Shown here: one piece after another, positions 36,263 to 46,587 of the stretch
How positions within the stretch are numbered: position 1 is the stretch's first letter
Layout: the number at the start of each line of letters is the position of its first letter
Virus record (IMG/VR): IMGVR_UViG_3300043466_001759
Span: 8,859 to 72,858 of that record
DNA length: 64,000 nucleotides
Direction: 5' to 3' (one strand)
Origin: a virus
The notes under the pieces: model-generated
The model's input: the letters and a program-made list of their open reading frames with translations, nothing else
Told to the model about the DNA's origin: nothing
Database searches by the model: none
Translations under genes and position numbers: made by a program

Positions 36263-38257
36263 TTAACTAGGTGTTAGCCATCCGCCGCCCGAATCACCGA
36301 GCCCAGCGATCATTGTTGCCATGTCTTTCCATTGCGGAGCGACATCCTCTCGTCTTTCAACAAACGAATAAAGCCCAATCAACAGCTTATTTCTCTCATC
36401 AAGCTGATAAGCCATGAGTTGTCTGTTCTGATCCGCGATCGATTGCCAACCATCAAGCCTCTTGATAGCGGTATTCATCTTCTCGAGAATCGCCTTGTGC
36501 TTGTGCTCAGCTAACGTGCTAGCATTTTGCATCAGAAGAGCCGAATATCGCTCCTTGCCAGACAAAAGGCTCTTTAGAGCATCTTGTATTTGCTGGAGCA
36601 ACGTGTCCCTTTGAGTGATTTCGACTCTGACGACATCTTGATTCGAAGCATACTCCTTATCAACACCAGCCAATAGTTGCGACTCCATTTGCTGGACCTG
36701 CTCGTAAAGCTTGTGTGTCTCAGTATTCTCCCACTTCCCAAACAAGTCTCGCAACTGGTAAACGCGATCGGCCGCCTCTATAGTCCTCTGTCTAACTTCC
36801 TGCAGCTTAGCGTACAAGTTCGACTGCATCTCCATCGCCAGCTTTTCGTTCGCGTCTTTCGCGGTGAAGATCGCCTGCTTGCCAGACAAGACTCTGTTTC
36901 GGATCTCCTGTTGAAGTCCGTAAATGTTGCTGACTAGAGAAGCTTGATACCTAAGGACTTCTTGTTGAACTCCATGCAACTGATTAGAGCCCTCTAGGTT
37001 TCTTCCTCTTGTTGCTACTTGCTGCTCGTAAAGCCTATGCTGATTCTCAAGCTTCTCTCTCATCAGCCTGTCATTTAACGCTTGGATCCTATCGTCACGG
37101 TCTCTGCTGTTCCTGGCCGTAACATCCGAAACTATCTTGGACACAAAAAGGCCCTGGCTAACAAGCCTTTGTATCTGTGCTGCCAAGCTCGCTGCAAACT
37201 CCTCGTTTATCCTAGCTAGCTCTTCGCTTCCGAGGTCAACCAGGAATCCCCTGGCGATCACGGCATGCTGCTCGTAATCTGCAGTAAGGCTACCCAAAAT
37301 CGATTGATACCGAGCCGCGTGACCGTCAACAAGATCCCCTGCGTCTCCCTTTATCGTCTCAAGTTCTGACTCCACGTCAGTAAAGTCTGCCTCGATTCGT
37401 GTCAGGATGTCAGTGACGTCGGCGACGTAGGTGGTGACGTTCGCAGTTATCCTGGTGAGGGCATCCTCAATTTCAGCCGCGTGTGCCGTGTAGTTGCTTG
37501 CCAGAATTGAGAATTGTTGGTTGTAGTCAACAACGTGACTGTCAAGCACTGCATCCAGACCTGCTATCTCAGACAACACCTTTGCTAAGTGAGATGCAAA
37601 GTTCTGATCCATCTCGGCCAGTCTTAGCCTGTAAGCTGTGATGAAGTCCTGAAGGTTGGAGATTTGCTCCGTCAGAAGCGATTCAATCTCGTCTGCGCTG
37701 GTGTTGGCATTCACCTCGAGGTCCGTAAGCCTCGTATCCATCTGCCCAAGAGCATCTTTTGCCTCTGCCGCATCAAGGACCATCTGAGCCCTGTTCTCTG
37801 CAATCAGAGTCTCAATCTCGTCCATGTACTGGTCTAGATCGGCGAGATAAACGCCTGATTGTGCATTCTGGACCGTCGTTTGAGCGTCAAACTGCTCATG
37901 CGACGTGTCGATCATCATAGTCCAGTTCCTCAGGATCTCGTTATACCTGACCTGATTCGCTGTTCTGGCATCGTTAGCTGCTATGGTGTAAGAGTTACAC
38001 AAATCCAACAGCACGTCTTGCGGACGAAGCCCATTCCTCTTCAAGTTGAAGTAATAGGTAGGCGGAGTCGTTGTTCTGTCCAACCTGATGTTGGTTATTT
38101 CGTACCCTTGAGCAACGAGCCATCCCATGACGTTCTCGGGAACATCTGAAACAGTTTGCTGAGCCCACCAAATATTCAAGGCGGGATTGATAACTCTTGG
38201 AAGCCAGAGTTCCGATTGGCTTGGATCCTGCTCTGGTATGTTAGGAATAGATGACAT
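36263..38257 (-). CDS. long coiled-coil virion (ejection/pilot-like) protein
   Basis: Heptad-rich helical sequence; position in the operon. Confidence 0.6.
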   Translation of the reverse strand: MSSIPNIPEQDPSQSELWLPRVINPALNIWWAQQTVSDVPENVMGWLVAQGYEITNIRLDRTTTPPTYYFNLKRNGLRPQDVLLDLCNSYTIAANDARTANQVRYNEILRNWTMMIDTSHEQFDAQTTVQNAQSGVYLADLDQYMDEIETLIAENRAQMVLDAAEAKDALGQMDTRLTDLEVNANTSADEIESLLTEQISNLQDFITAYRLRLAEMDQNFASHLAKVLSEIAGLDAVLDSHVVDYNQQFSILASNYTAHAAEIEDALTRITANVTTYVADVTDILTRIEADFTDVESELETIKGDAGDLVDGHAARYQSILGSLTADYEQHAVIARGFLVDLGSEELARINEEFAASLAAQIQRLVSQGLFVSKIVSDVTARNSRDRDDRIQALNDRLMREKLENQHRLYEQQVATRGRNLEGSNQLHGVQQEVLRYQASLVSNIYGLQQEIRNRVLSGKQAIFTAKDANEKLAMEMQSNLYAKLQEVRQRTIEAADRVYQLRDLFGKWENTETHKLYEQVQQMESQLLAGVDKEYASNQDVVRVEITQRDTLLQQIQDALKSLLSGKERYSALLMQNASTLAEHKHKAILEKMNTAIKRLDGWQSIADQNRQLMAYQLDERNKLLIGLYSFVERREDVAPQWKDMATMIAGLGDSGGGWLTPS

Positions 38258-38272
38258 TTGCTTGGTTCCTTA

Positions 38273-40537
38273 TTACGCAGCAGCAGCTCTAGCTGTCATT
38301 TCAAAAACCGTCCAAGTGTTAGCTGCAGAACAAAAACACCTGACGCCTTTACTAGCAAGAACGACTACGGCCGCGTTTGTCGCAAGCCCGTTTATCGTTC
38401 CGCCAGTTGCAGGATACAACTTAGCCGCAAAAGCGCTATTGTTTATCACTTCCATTATGTCGCCAGCCGCACCTGTCGGAAGAGCAACCCCCTTAGCAGC
38501 GTTGTCCGACGTTATGAACGTTGTATTGGTCGACGCAAGCAGAGCAGCATCCGAAAATAGAGTTCCAGCAGCAGCCGTAGCCGTAGCAGTCAAACTGGCG
38601 TAGGATCCCCATGTTCCATCTCCTTTGAGAAACTGCCTTGCGTTGTTGCTTAGCTTCGGAAGCAAGCCGTGTCTTGCTGAAGTTGCATTAAGATCCGTGT
38701 TGTCATCAGGAGCGGCAAAGTCATCAAGCTTTATGGCCTGTGCGTCATAAAGATATCGATTGCTCCACAACTGGCCTACAGTTGCCTTGCGATTTGCTCC
38801 ACCCTCGCTCAAGAGTAGCAGATCATCGTTGGAAACAGTTGCGTCCGCGAGAACAGTCAAGTCAATGTTACCAGACGTAACGCCTGTCACATAAGCGGCA
38901 AAAGCAGCAACATCTAACTTATAGCTGGTCGACCCTCTACGCATCCAGATATCATCGCCAGCTTGAACCGCTGGAGTTGCATCCACCTTGCTCCACATCT
39001 TATCTTCTATGTAAGAAGATACGTTCGCGATAGTTGCCTTGCGATTTACTCCTCCATCATGAATCAAGAACAAGTCGTTGTCAGAAAGAGCTGCTGTAGC
39101 CAGGGCATTAATATCAATGCTTCCAGCCAAAATACCACTGACATAAGTAGCGAACACGCCAACATCCAACTTGTAGCTCGTTGAGCCACGACGCATCCAT
39201 ATATCATCTCCAGCTAAAACTGACGCTGCGTCAGCCTTGTCCCACATTTCTGTTTCGGCATAGGATGCTATGTTTGCTGCAGTTATCTTCTTAGGAGTAG
39301 TTCCCTCAATTACATAAAACACGTCAGCATCTTCAAGAGGGGTTAACGCTATCAGTGCCGACACGTAGTCCTCAAAGTCGGCCCAGAGCTTTGTCTCGAG
39401 CTCCGCAAGAGTAGCCTTCCTTGCGTTAGAGCCATCTCCAATTAACAACAAAGAGCCAGAGGCCAGTGTTGCTGAAGTGAGCCCAGTGAGATTCAAAACA
39501 TTAGCCTGGATACCATTTAAGATGTACGTCTCAAGCTGATCCACTGTCACACTAAGAGTCGTTCCAGCTCTTCCGATCAAAACCTTATCGCCAGTAGCAA
39601 CGGGATTGCCGCTTGTGGCCGACCAACCTGAAGCCAAGACATAGGTAGAAAGCAGCCCTATGTCCAGCTTGAATTGCGTTCCAGATCTGAATATAAGGAA
39701 GTCATCACCAACTACAGCTCCTACGGCATCGGCTGCGCTGTTCTGGGTTCCGACAACGTAAGAAGCAATATTGGCCCCAGTAGCTGTCCTGCCTGTTCCG
39801 CTTCTTTCCAGTAAGAACACGTCAGTAGCATTCGTCGCCGCCCCTAAAGCCGCGTAAGTATCCCAAGCTGCTGACACTGCGTCAGTAGATATCTTAGACT
39901 GCATGTAGGCAGCCAAGACTGCAGCAGTAACCTTGCTCGCAGTTCCACCGTCATTGATGTAAAAAGTATCCCCATCAACAACAGTCCCTGTCGCTACCGA
40001 TGGCAATGTACCTAGATAGGTCAAGAATTGAGAATGAACACGACTGGCAATGCTGGTGAATGTTGTTTTTCGAGCCGTGGTTCCTTGCGCCACCACGTAC
40101 TGATCGGAGTCCGCAAGCGTTGCCGTTGTCAGCGCTGATATCTGACTCCCAAGGCTTGCTATACCTGCGTTAATAAACGTACGAACGTTATCAATATCGA
40201 TTTGCTTGAGAACGCCTCCGTCGACATAGAGGAGCTTGTCTCCAGAAAGAATTGTAGTCTCGACACCAATAGCCTCGAGCTTGTCTACTATCCAATTGAA
40301 GAAGTTCTGCGCCGTAAGGATCTTCTCAACATCCGACTGGAACACGTTGAGCTCGTCAGAATCCGCTACGGTCGTTATGACCGAGGCCTGATGAAGCTGA
40401 TCGATCGTAAACGCAGCCAACAATGCTGCTGTCGCATGCTTCGATGTCGTACCGTCCAACAACGGCAACTTCTCTGGACCTGTCAGAGTGTCGACAACGA
40501 GACCGTTAATCCAGTCTGAAAAAGGAACATCAGGCAT
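38273..40537 (-). CDS. tail fibre protein with internal repeats
   Basis: Repeated D.ll..dG....K.T units; duplicated AGDDIWMRRGSTSYKLDV; LLPKLSN...FLKGDGTW. Confidence 0.7.
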   Translation of the reverse strand: MPDVPFSDWINGLVVDTLTGPEKLPLLDGTTSKHATAALLAAFTIDQLHQASVITTVADSDELNVFQSDVEKILTAQNFFNWIVDKLEAIGVETTILSGDKLLYVDGGVLKQIDIDNVRTFINAGIASLGSQISALTTATLADSDQYVVAQGTTARKTTFTSIASRVHSQFLTYLGTLPSVATGTVVDGDTFYINDGGTASKVTAAVLAAYMQSKISTDAVSAAWDTYAALGAATNATDVFLLERSGTGRTATGANIASYVVGTQNSAADAVGAVVGDDFLIFRSGTQFKLDIGLLSTYVLASGWSATSGNPVATGDKVLIGRAGTTLSVTVDQLETYILNGIQANVLNLTGLTSATLASGSLLLIGDGSNARKATLAELETKLWADFEDYVSALIALTPLEDADVFYVIEGTTPKKITAANIASYAETEMWDKADAASVLAGDDIWMRRGSTSYKLDVGVFATYVSGILAGSIDINALATAALSDNDLFLIHDGGVNRKATIANVSSYIEDKMWSKVDATPAVQAGDDIWMRRGSTSYKLDVAAFAAYVTGVTSGNIDLTVLADATVSNDDLLLLSEGGANRKATVGQLWSNRYLYDAQAIKLDDFAAPDDNTDLNATSARHGLLPKLSNNARQFLKGDGTWGSYASLTATATAAAGTLFSDAALLASTNTTFITSDNAAKGVALPTGAAGDIMEVINNSAFAAKLYPATGGTINGLATNAAVVVLASKGVRCFCSAANTWTVFEMTARAAAA

Positions 40538-40539
40538 GG

Positions 40540-41787
40540 TTATCGCCACCTTCCACTTGGTTCAATGAAACAACGTGCGCCTTCCCAGGCCCAATCACCA
40601 CTACTTGCGGACAACAACAGAACCATGAACTTACCTCTAGCTCGAGGGTAAGACCTATGGTTAGCTCCCGTTCCCGTCCAAACACCACTGCTTTGAATGT
40701 TTGCTGGCGTATTGCCTGCTACCAAAGCCTCAATCGCTGCTTTGGCATTCTGCGTGACCTGCTCAGCTGTATCGGCTACCAAAACTCTCCACGTCACGTT
40801 TACCGAGCTCTGAGCTAGGATCCCATGTATCTGAATCAACCTTCCAAAGGTCGCTCCATCGCCAAGCAAGATCGGCCCCATGGCAACATACGACCCTGTA
40901 TGCCCAACCTTGAAAGGCCAGAATCCTTGCCTCTCCGTGTCGAACAACCACGACTCCGAAGCTGACGGAATGCGAATGTACACTCCGCGTGTTTCGTGAT
41001 CGTACTCAAGAACCGTATCTTCGTCCGTAACGCCAGTCAGCTGTTCTGGTATCACATCCTCGGAAAGAGCTTGAAGGCCCTCGCCTGATGCTGCAACAGT
41101 GTAAAGACCGTGAGACGAAAGGAAGTAGTATCGGTCGAGATGATCGCGACACCACGCCTTTGCTCCTACCATCCCTACTCCCCTGGAAATGTTTCTCAGC
41201 GATCCATCAGCAGTAGGATCGCCCTGAAGCACCCAAAGAGAATTACTAGTAGCTGCCAGCATGTAAGCATCTTTGTGAGGAATTAGTGACACGACGTCAG
41301 CGCCGATCTCTCCTGCCTCAGAAAGTTGAATAACAAATGCCCTGCCCGAGTCACTGACGTCAACACTCAAATCCCAGTTCGTGTAGTCGCCCTGACGACT
41401 GGCATATATCAATCCTCCTTCAGGACGAACCAAACGAGCACGATACAAGCATTGTGCTGAATGACTCGCTGGAGCATCTGCACCTGGATCCACAAAAGCG
41501 GATCCACCGCTCCTGTTAACTGCGACATCAACACCAATGACGATCTGATTTCCACTGGAGTCGGTAATTCGATTACCTGACCCATCAGTTAAGTATCGAC
41601 TTTGTGTTGAAGCTCCTGCTGCAGCTGCTGTCGGCGACCAGGATCCTCCTCGAAGCCTACCAGTAAAATCCTCTAGGCGAACATTGAGAGCCCAGGGAGC
41701 AAAATAGCGATCGCGACTGCCAGCACTTTGCCGCAGAGACACTCGCCTGTTGACTCCCGAGGGAAATATTATCTCTTTGTTCGCCAT
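40540..41787 (-). CDS. putative tail nozzle/tubular protein B-like
   Basis: Beta-propeller-like composition, YASRQGDYTNWD; podovirus gene order. Confidence 0.55.
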   Translation of the reverse strand: MANKEIIFPSGVNRRVSLRQSAGSRDRYFAPWALNVRLEDFTGRLRGGSWSPTAAAAGASTQSRYLTDGSGNRITDSSGNQIVIGVDVAVNRSGGSAFVDPGADAPASHSAQCLYRARLVRPEGGLIYASRQGDYTNWDLSVDVSDSGRAFVIQLSEAGEIGADVVSLIPHKDAYMLAATSNSLWVLQGDPTADGSLRNISRGVGMVGAKAWCRDHLDRYYFLSSHGLYTVAASGEGLQALSEDVIPEQLTGVTDEDTVLEYDHETRGVYIRIPSASESWLFDTERQGFWPFKVGHTGSYVAMGPILLGDGATFGRLIQIHGILAQSSVNVTWRVLVADTAEQVTQNAKAAIEALVAGNTPANIQSSGVWTGTGANHRSYPRARGKFMVLLLSASSGDWAWEGARCFIEPSGRWR

Positions 41788-41794
41788 ATCAGGA

Positions 41795-42196
41795 TTATGG
41801 TGCAGCTACTTGGAGAGTCGTAACAGTTCCGTTAGAAGCAATCGTGAAGCCCTTCCAGTTAGTTGCCGATTCGCAAATGGCAATAACCATCATGTTGGCT
41901 GCGATCGCCGATTCAGCATCCACGCCAACACCACCGTTAATGCCGATGGTCGCAGGATTGCTACTTCGAAGCTCACCGCCAGTTGCGGTCCCTGCAAGGA
42001 CAACAATCCGTCCTGGAACTGGTGGAGGCAAGATCAAAATATTATTCGCGCCACCCCAAGTAGGAGTGACCATCATTAAAAAGCGATCATCCGGCATGCG
42101 GACGCCTTCAGCAGTCGCAGTCAAAGCAACGTTTCCAGGCCCATCAGCCGAGAACGCTTTCAAAACATCATTCAAAATACGATGAGACATCGCCAA
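41795..42196 (-). CDS. small structural protein
   Basis: ILILPPPVPG; similar to the C-terminal domain of the neighbouring fibre gene. Confidence 0.6.
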   Translation of the reverse strand: MAMSHRILNDVLKAFSADGPGNVALTATAEGVRMPDDRFLMMVTPTWGGANNILILPPPVPGRIVVLAGTATGGELRSSNPATIGINGGVGVDAESAIAANMMVIAICESATNWKGFTIASNGTVTTLQVAAP

Positions 42197-42208
42197 CTCC
42201 TTGAAAAA

Positions 42209-42532
42209 CTAATCTTTTAACGTGTAACCAATTTCACCAGCGACATCACCAGTGACTCTCAAAAACATAGCTCCTTGCATTGCTGCAGGGATTGGATGAG
42301 CCTGACCAGCCGCGACAGTCTGAACGATAGCCGCCCCTGCTTCATTGTCGGCCGCCATGTACGGACCTTCTTCAGCTAGGCTTGCATGCCAAGTCAACGA
42401 GGTCAAACTTGAGCCAGCAGGAACATAAACAACTCCACTTCTGGCGTTTTCGTATTTAATCGTTCCGCTACCAGTAACAGCAGTCGCCACCACTAATGAT
42501 GCCACCGAAACGCTATATGCTTGATTCGTCAC
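42209..42532 (-). CDS. small beta-rich structural protein
   Basis: GTGA overlap with the upstream gene. Confidence 0.6.
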   Translation of the reverse strand: MTNQAYSVSVASLVVATAVTGSGTIKYENARSGVVYVPAGSSLTSLTWHASLAEEGPYMAADNEAGAAIVQTVAAGQAHPIPAAMQGAMFLRVTGDVAGEIGYTLKD

Positions 42533-43773
42533 AATGAGTCCCCGTTTAATGTTAGTCCGCCTATGCGATGCTCTCGCATCCTGTAATCATAATCGAAAAC
42601 GCCGAATTTTCCATTCTCTCCCGCAGGAGCATCTGGCCCCAAAGACGTCGGAGAACTGCGATACTGGTCGTTTCGGATCGCCACTCCTAACATTTCCATG
42701 AATCTTTTCTCATGAACATGCTCTCTCTCCTCGAAATTGTGCTCAGCCGCCGCTAAACAGGCCTCCAAAATGACCTGACTGAGCAATTCCCCTCCGATGG
42801 GGTACTGATTTGTGTCATCTAGCATGACAGGCCTCAGGATCATCGGGACTCGCATGGTGTATTCAGCGTCAGGAGTAGGGTAGAACGCCAAAACCTTGCG
42901 ACTTCCAACAGTAGGGTTGAACAATGACGTTCGAACGCTGTAGAAGCATGGTCGATTAAATTCTGGATTGCTTTCCTCAAGGCTGCGGATCGTGGCATCA
43001 TGCCTTTGCTTCACTGAGGGGAACCACCGATCGTTTCCAGGATAATAGGTCAAGTCACTGTCGTTCGTCACGGCATCAAAGGACGCATCCAAGGCGACCT
43101 CAGGATTGCCCAGCTGGTAGTCCGAGGCTGTTGCGATCGTGACCGAGGTATTCTCAAGTGTGATCTGGGTGTTACTATCCCTGCTGGCAACTGCATAATG
43201 CTTACCATCAACCTTAATTAGTCCGTTGGCGGCCCAGGACGGAAACACTCCTCCAGTCAGTGTTGCGACTCCTGCTGACACAGTGACAGTACCAGTTGTG
43301 TACGGCGCTGTTGTGGTGACATCAACTAAAGGCCTAAAGAATGACCACTCGTGCGCAGCGTAGACTCTATGCAGCCCGTCCCTGATGCAATCATTGATAT
43401 CAGCCTCTTGATCGACCAAGAATCCACTTCGAATACCAAATAGGTAATGACCAACTCTCTCAAGCAAGCTCGCATAGCTTGTCGTCATTCCCGAAGTAGT
43501 AGATCTGGCAAGAAAGTCCACTTCGAAGTGATAGGTAGCACCATCGTAGACAAACTCAACATAGGCCGTGTAGGAGACTGCAACAATGTCCTCGAATGCG
43601 TACTCGTAGACACCAGCCGATATCCTGGTCATTACAGTACCGTCAGCAACTACGACATTGTTATTGTCGTTACGCTTGACCCCGTAGGTTCCAGTAGGAT
43701 CGGACAGTCTTGCTGACGTGACGTCAGTAGGGACTCCATCAACCTTGAATGTTTTTCTTACTACTCGAGACAT
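42529..43773 (-). CDS. putative head-tail adaptor (tubular protein A-like) with inserted beta domain
   Basis: INDCIRDG...WSF...FYPTPDAEYT pattern. Confidence 0.55.
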   Translation of the reverse strand: MSRVVRKTFKVDGVPTDVTSARLSDPTGTYGVKRNDNNNVVVADGTVMTRISAGVYEYAFEDIVAVSYTAYVEFVYDGATYHFEVDFLARSTTSGMTTSYASLLERVGHYLFGIRSGFLVDQEADINDCIRDGLHRVYAAHEWSFFRPLVDVTTTAPYTTGTVTVSAGVATLTGGVFPSWAANGLIKVDGKHYAVASRDSNTQITLENTSVTIATASDYQLGNPEVALDASFDAVTNDSDLTYYPGNDRWFPSVKQRHDATIRSLEESNPEFNRPCFYSVRTSLFNPTVGSRKVLAFYPTPDAEYTMRVPMILRPVMLDDTNQYPIGGELLSQVILEACLAAAEHNFEEREHVHEKRFMEMLGVAIRNDQYRSSPTSLGPDAPAGENGKFGVFDYDYRMREHRIGGLTLNGDSL

Positions 43774-43774
43774 G

Positions 43775-44062
43775 CTATTCCACAGTTATGCTGCGGTCCT
43801 CTACTGTAATGTTTGCTGACGATCCGCCTGACAAATCAAAGTAGCCTTTCGCAAGACTCCAATTTGCAGGTTGAGAGGCACCTTCAAAGAAGTACCATAA
43901 GTCGGAAACTGCTTCATCCAGGCTAGCCGTGTATCGACCAGTGTTAGCACCTGTCCCCTCTGTGAGAAGGATCCTGTTGGTAGCCCAAGTAGCCAACGAC
44001 AAGTCAGCAGGGAACGCATAAAGCGTCTGGCCCGATGTGCGAGCTAAAGAAACGTTTTTCAT
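43775..44062 (-). CDS. hypothetical structural protein
   Basis: Tightly packed operon. Confidence 0.6.
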   Translation of the reverse strand: MKNVSLARTSGQTLYAFPADLSLATWATNRILLTEGTGANTGRYTASLDEAVSDLWYFFEGASQPANWSLAKGYFDLSGGSSANITVEDRSITVE

Positions 44063-44065
44063 GAT

Positions 44066-44224
44066 TTACTCGGCAGTTGGTTCATCTTGTTTCGCCTCTG
44101 CGATCTTTTGCACGAGAGGCATGATCTGTACCGCTGCTTGAAGACTGTTCGGTGCGTGCTTTACTGCTGAGTCAATACACGCAAGCAGTAATTGCTGTTC
44201 GTCTTTTGTGAGTTCGATCTGCAT
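44066..44224 (-). CDS. 52-aa hypothetical protein (absent from ORF track)
   Basis: MQIELTKDEQQLLLACIDSAVK...; fills the intergenic gap exactly. Confidence 0.6.
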   Translation of the reverse strand: MQIELTKDEQQLLLACIDSAVKHAPNSLQAAVQIMPLVQKIAEAKQDEPTAE

Positions 44225-44228
44225 GATT

Positions 44229-44534
44229 TTACTCTACTGTTTGTTGAGATTCGACCCAAGCCTGCAGCGGCTTAACCGCTGACAGTATCGCCTGATATGC
44301 AGCTGCTAACTCAGGCACTTCGTTAATAGCTTGGAACAATCTAGTTGATGTGATCTGTATCGATCCGTTACCCCAGAACAGCTCACCGTTTTCAGACATT
44401 GGAAGAAGTTCGAGATAGACACTTCCTTCCGCTGCCGGATCATGGGCGGCTATACGCAGATTGCGAATCCAAATAATAGGAAACGATTTCTGATCTTTTG
44501 GCGGTTCAATAATCGGTTCGTCAAAAAAAAGCAT
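44229..44534 (-). CDS. hypothetical protein
   Basis: GGAGA RBS before ATG 44534. Confidence 0.6.
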   Translation of the reverse strand: MLFFDEPIIEPPKDQKSFPIIWIRNLRIAAHDPAAEGSVYLELLPMSENGELFWGNGSIQITSTRLFQAINEVPELAAAYQAILSAVKPLQAWVESQQTVE

Positions 44535-44536
44535 AA

Positions 44537-44701
44537 TCACGTTCTCCAGGTTCCTGAAATTCTTATTGTAGGCGATGCTACTTTCCACACGCCACCGATG
44601 CGAATATACACCGTTGTTTCTTTCCACACCCCACCAACACGCACCCAAATTTTACTAGATGGTGCCGGTGAGCCTTGCGGTGCTAATAAGGTGAGCAGCA
44701 T
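44537..44701 (-). CDS. 54-aa tail-fibre-associated protein with GGVWK repeats (absent from ORF track)
   Basis: MLLTLLAPQGSPAPSSKIWVRVGGVWKETTVYIRIGGVWKVASPTIRISGTWRT. Confidence 0.7.
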   Translation of the reverse strand: MLLTLLAPQGSPAPSSKIWVRVGGVWKETTVYIRIGGVWKVASPTIRISGTWRT

Positions 44702-44702
44702 G

Positions 44703-46139
44703 CTAAATTACCATTTGCCGATACATGAGCGATGAAGTGTTCATAAGCATATAGACATAATGGATTTCAGTTGCTCCGTCGTAGTACGTTGCATCAAATG
44801 CCGTGTCTCCAACGATTGCAGCACCTTGAGCCACTGGCATGGTCGTCCAGCCAGTCATGTTTTGATCCGCAATGTCATATTCAAACCACCGGTTGGTTGC
44901 TTCTTTTTGGATATAGATTTTATCAACACGGTAGTTGTACTTGCTGCCAGTCGTAAACGTTTCTGCTGCCGGTGAATACGACACGCCTGACACCCATGTG
45001 TTGGCTGCAATGTCGTAGTAATCCAGAACAGCACCGGCACTGCCTCTAAACGAGAGAATGCGTTGACCGTTAATGATTGTGTTTTCATTAGTCCAAACAG
45101 TGTTAGTCTCACCATACACCCAATGAGCGGATAAACCCGCACCTGGTGCCGCTGCTCTTGCCGCTACTGGTGACAACGTAGACCAAGTGTTACCACTGAT
45201 CGAGTAACGATACATCGTGACAGCGTTGTTCCCCATGTAGTAAATGAAGTCATCATTACCCTCAATCGAATACACTGAAGTTGCATCGGGTTGTGTTGTC
45301 CACGCAGCACTCGTAGTAATCACCGTTGCCGTGTTGGAAGCAATCGTTCTGATCTGTCCTGCACCCGTACCAGACACAATACGAATCTGGTAGTTGGTCC
45401 AAGAGTTGACTGTCCACGCTTTACCTGAATTTGTCAGCGTTGAAGCACCACCTGCTGTTGCTGTCCCCGTGGCAAATGCTCGATAGTCAGTGTTGATCCA
45501 ACTCGGAGTAGATACCAACTTTCCATCAGTAGCCAGCGAGGCAGGCAAGCCAGTATTTACAAGCGTTGTCCAGTTGTTTGTAGCGTAGCAATACTTTTTG
45601 AACGATCCAGAAGCAAGTGTGCCAGCACCAACAACGTACCATACCGGAGTCAACATTCTGTACACTGTCGAAGCGGTAAATGCAGACCCTTGCGTTGCTA
45701 CTGTGATCGTAGCGTTAGCCCCAACAGTGTTGGAAACAATCGGTAGTGTCACACCTGCATTTGGTCCTGATAATATATGAACCGAATAGCCAGCCAGAGA
45801 TCGAGCTAGCGTCTGGTTGGTGATAATCGTACTCGTTGTTCCGCCTGTTGCAGTTAAAGATGCTGCTCCAACAGTTGTTCCTGTTGACCATCCTGCTGCA
45901 ACACCTGCCGCACCTGCCCCAAACGTGCCAGCCAAAGCAGGCGAAGGCAACTGTACCCATCCGTCCTCAAACGGACTGTATAGCCAAGCTGTAGTGTTGC
46001 CGTTGAGATACAACTGTTGTTGTCGAAAGTGCCTCGACGATGCGATAAACGCGCCTGCAACAGTCGCACTGGGAGCAGGGGAAAGTTGTTCCCATCGTTT
46101 CAGATCAAGTAGTTTTCTATTTCCGTTTGTTGTTGGCAT
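44703..46139 (-). CDS. tail fibre/spike-like protein with kelch-like blades
   Basis: T/G/A-rich; Y......W repeats; SGTGAGQIRTIASNT motif. Confidence 0.65.
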   Translation of the reverse strand: MPTTNGNRKLLDLKRWEQLSPAPSATVAGAFIASSRHFRQQQLYLNGNTTAWLYSPFEDGWVQLPSPALAGTFGAGAAGVAAGWSTGTTVGAASLTATGGTTSTIITNQTLARSLAGYSVHILSGPNAGVTLPIVSNTVGANATITVATQGSAFTASTVYRMLTPVWYVVGAGTLASGSFKKYCYATNNWTTLVNTGLPASLATDGKLVSTPSWINTDYRAFATGTATAGGASTLTNSGKAWTVNSWTNYQIRIVSGTGAGQIRTIASNTATVITTSAAWTTQPDATSVYSIEGNDDFIYYMGNNAVTMYRYSISGNTWSTLSPVAARAAAPGAGLSAHWVYGETNTVWTNENTIINGQRILSFRGSAGAVLDYYDIAANTWVSGVSYSPAAETFTTGSKYNYRVDKIYIQKEATNRWFEYDIADQNMTGWTTMPVAQGAAIVGDTAFDATYYDGATEIHYVYMLMNTSSLMYRQMVI

Positions 46140-46140
46140 A

Positions 46141-46578
46141 TTATGTCACCGATATGTTTCTTCTAAGGTTATCTGCTGTTTGTCGTTCAAAACAAGTCAC
46201 TTGCGAGTTTGCAGGTTGCCCACCAATACTTGCTTGATTGCCTACTGTCGTTACATCTTGAATCACCCAAGTTCCCGACCGTGTGACTGCAAGCGTAGCG
46301 TTTAAGACTTGTGCATCGACCTGCGCCCTCCCAGTCAGTGGGCTCACCTGCGTTAATCCGACTGTTCGATTGAGCGATTGAATAGCCATTCGCATAGCTT
46401 CAATTGCCTCGATCAATTCACCCATTACTTTTACTGGGTAAGGGTTGCTATCCGAAGTTTCGTGAGCTACTCCGTCTACACCATGAGTTACCTTAACTCG
46501 CTGGTACAAAGCTCCATCTATCTCATCAGCAGCGACTATCGCTCCTGTTCCTGGGGTGTACCCTACGTTATCTGGCAT
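46141..46578 (-). CDS. tail-associated hypothetical protein
   Basis: AADEIDGALYQRVKV..G.DG motif common in phage tail regions. Confidence 0.6.
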   Translation of the reverse strand: MPDNVGYTPGTGAIVAADEIDGALYQRVKVTHGVDGVAHETSDSNPYPVKVMGELIEAIEAMRMAIQSLNRTVGLTQVSPLTGRAQVDAQVLNATLAVTRSGTWVIQDVTTVGNQASIGGQPANSQVTCFERQTADNLRRNISVT

Positions 46579-46587
46579 GATCTATTC

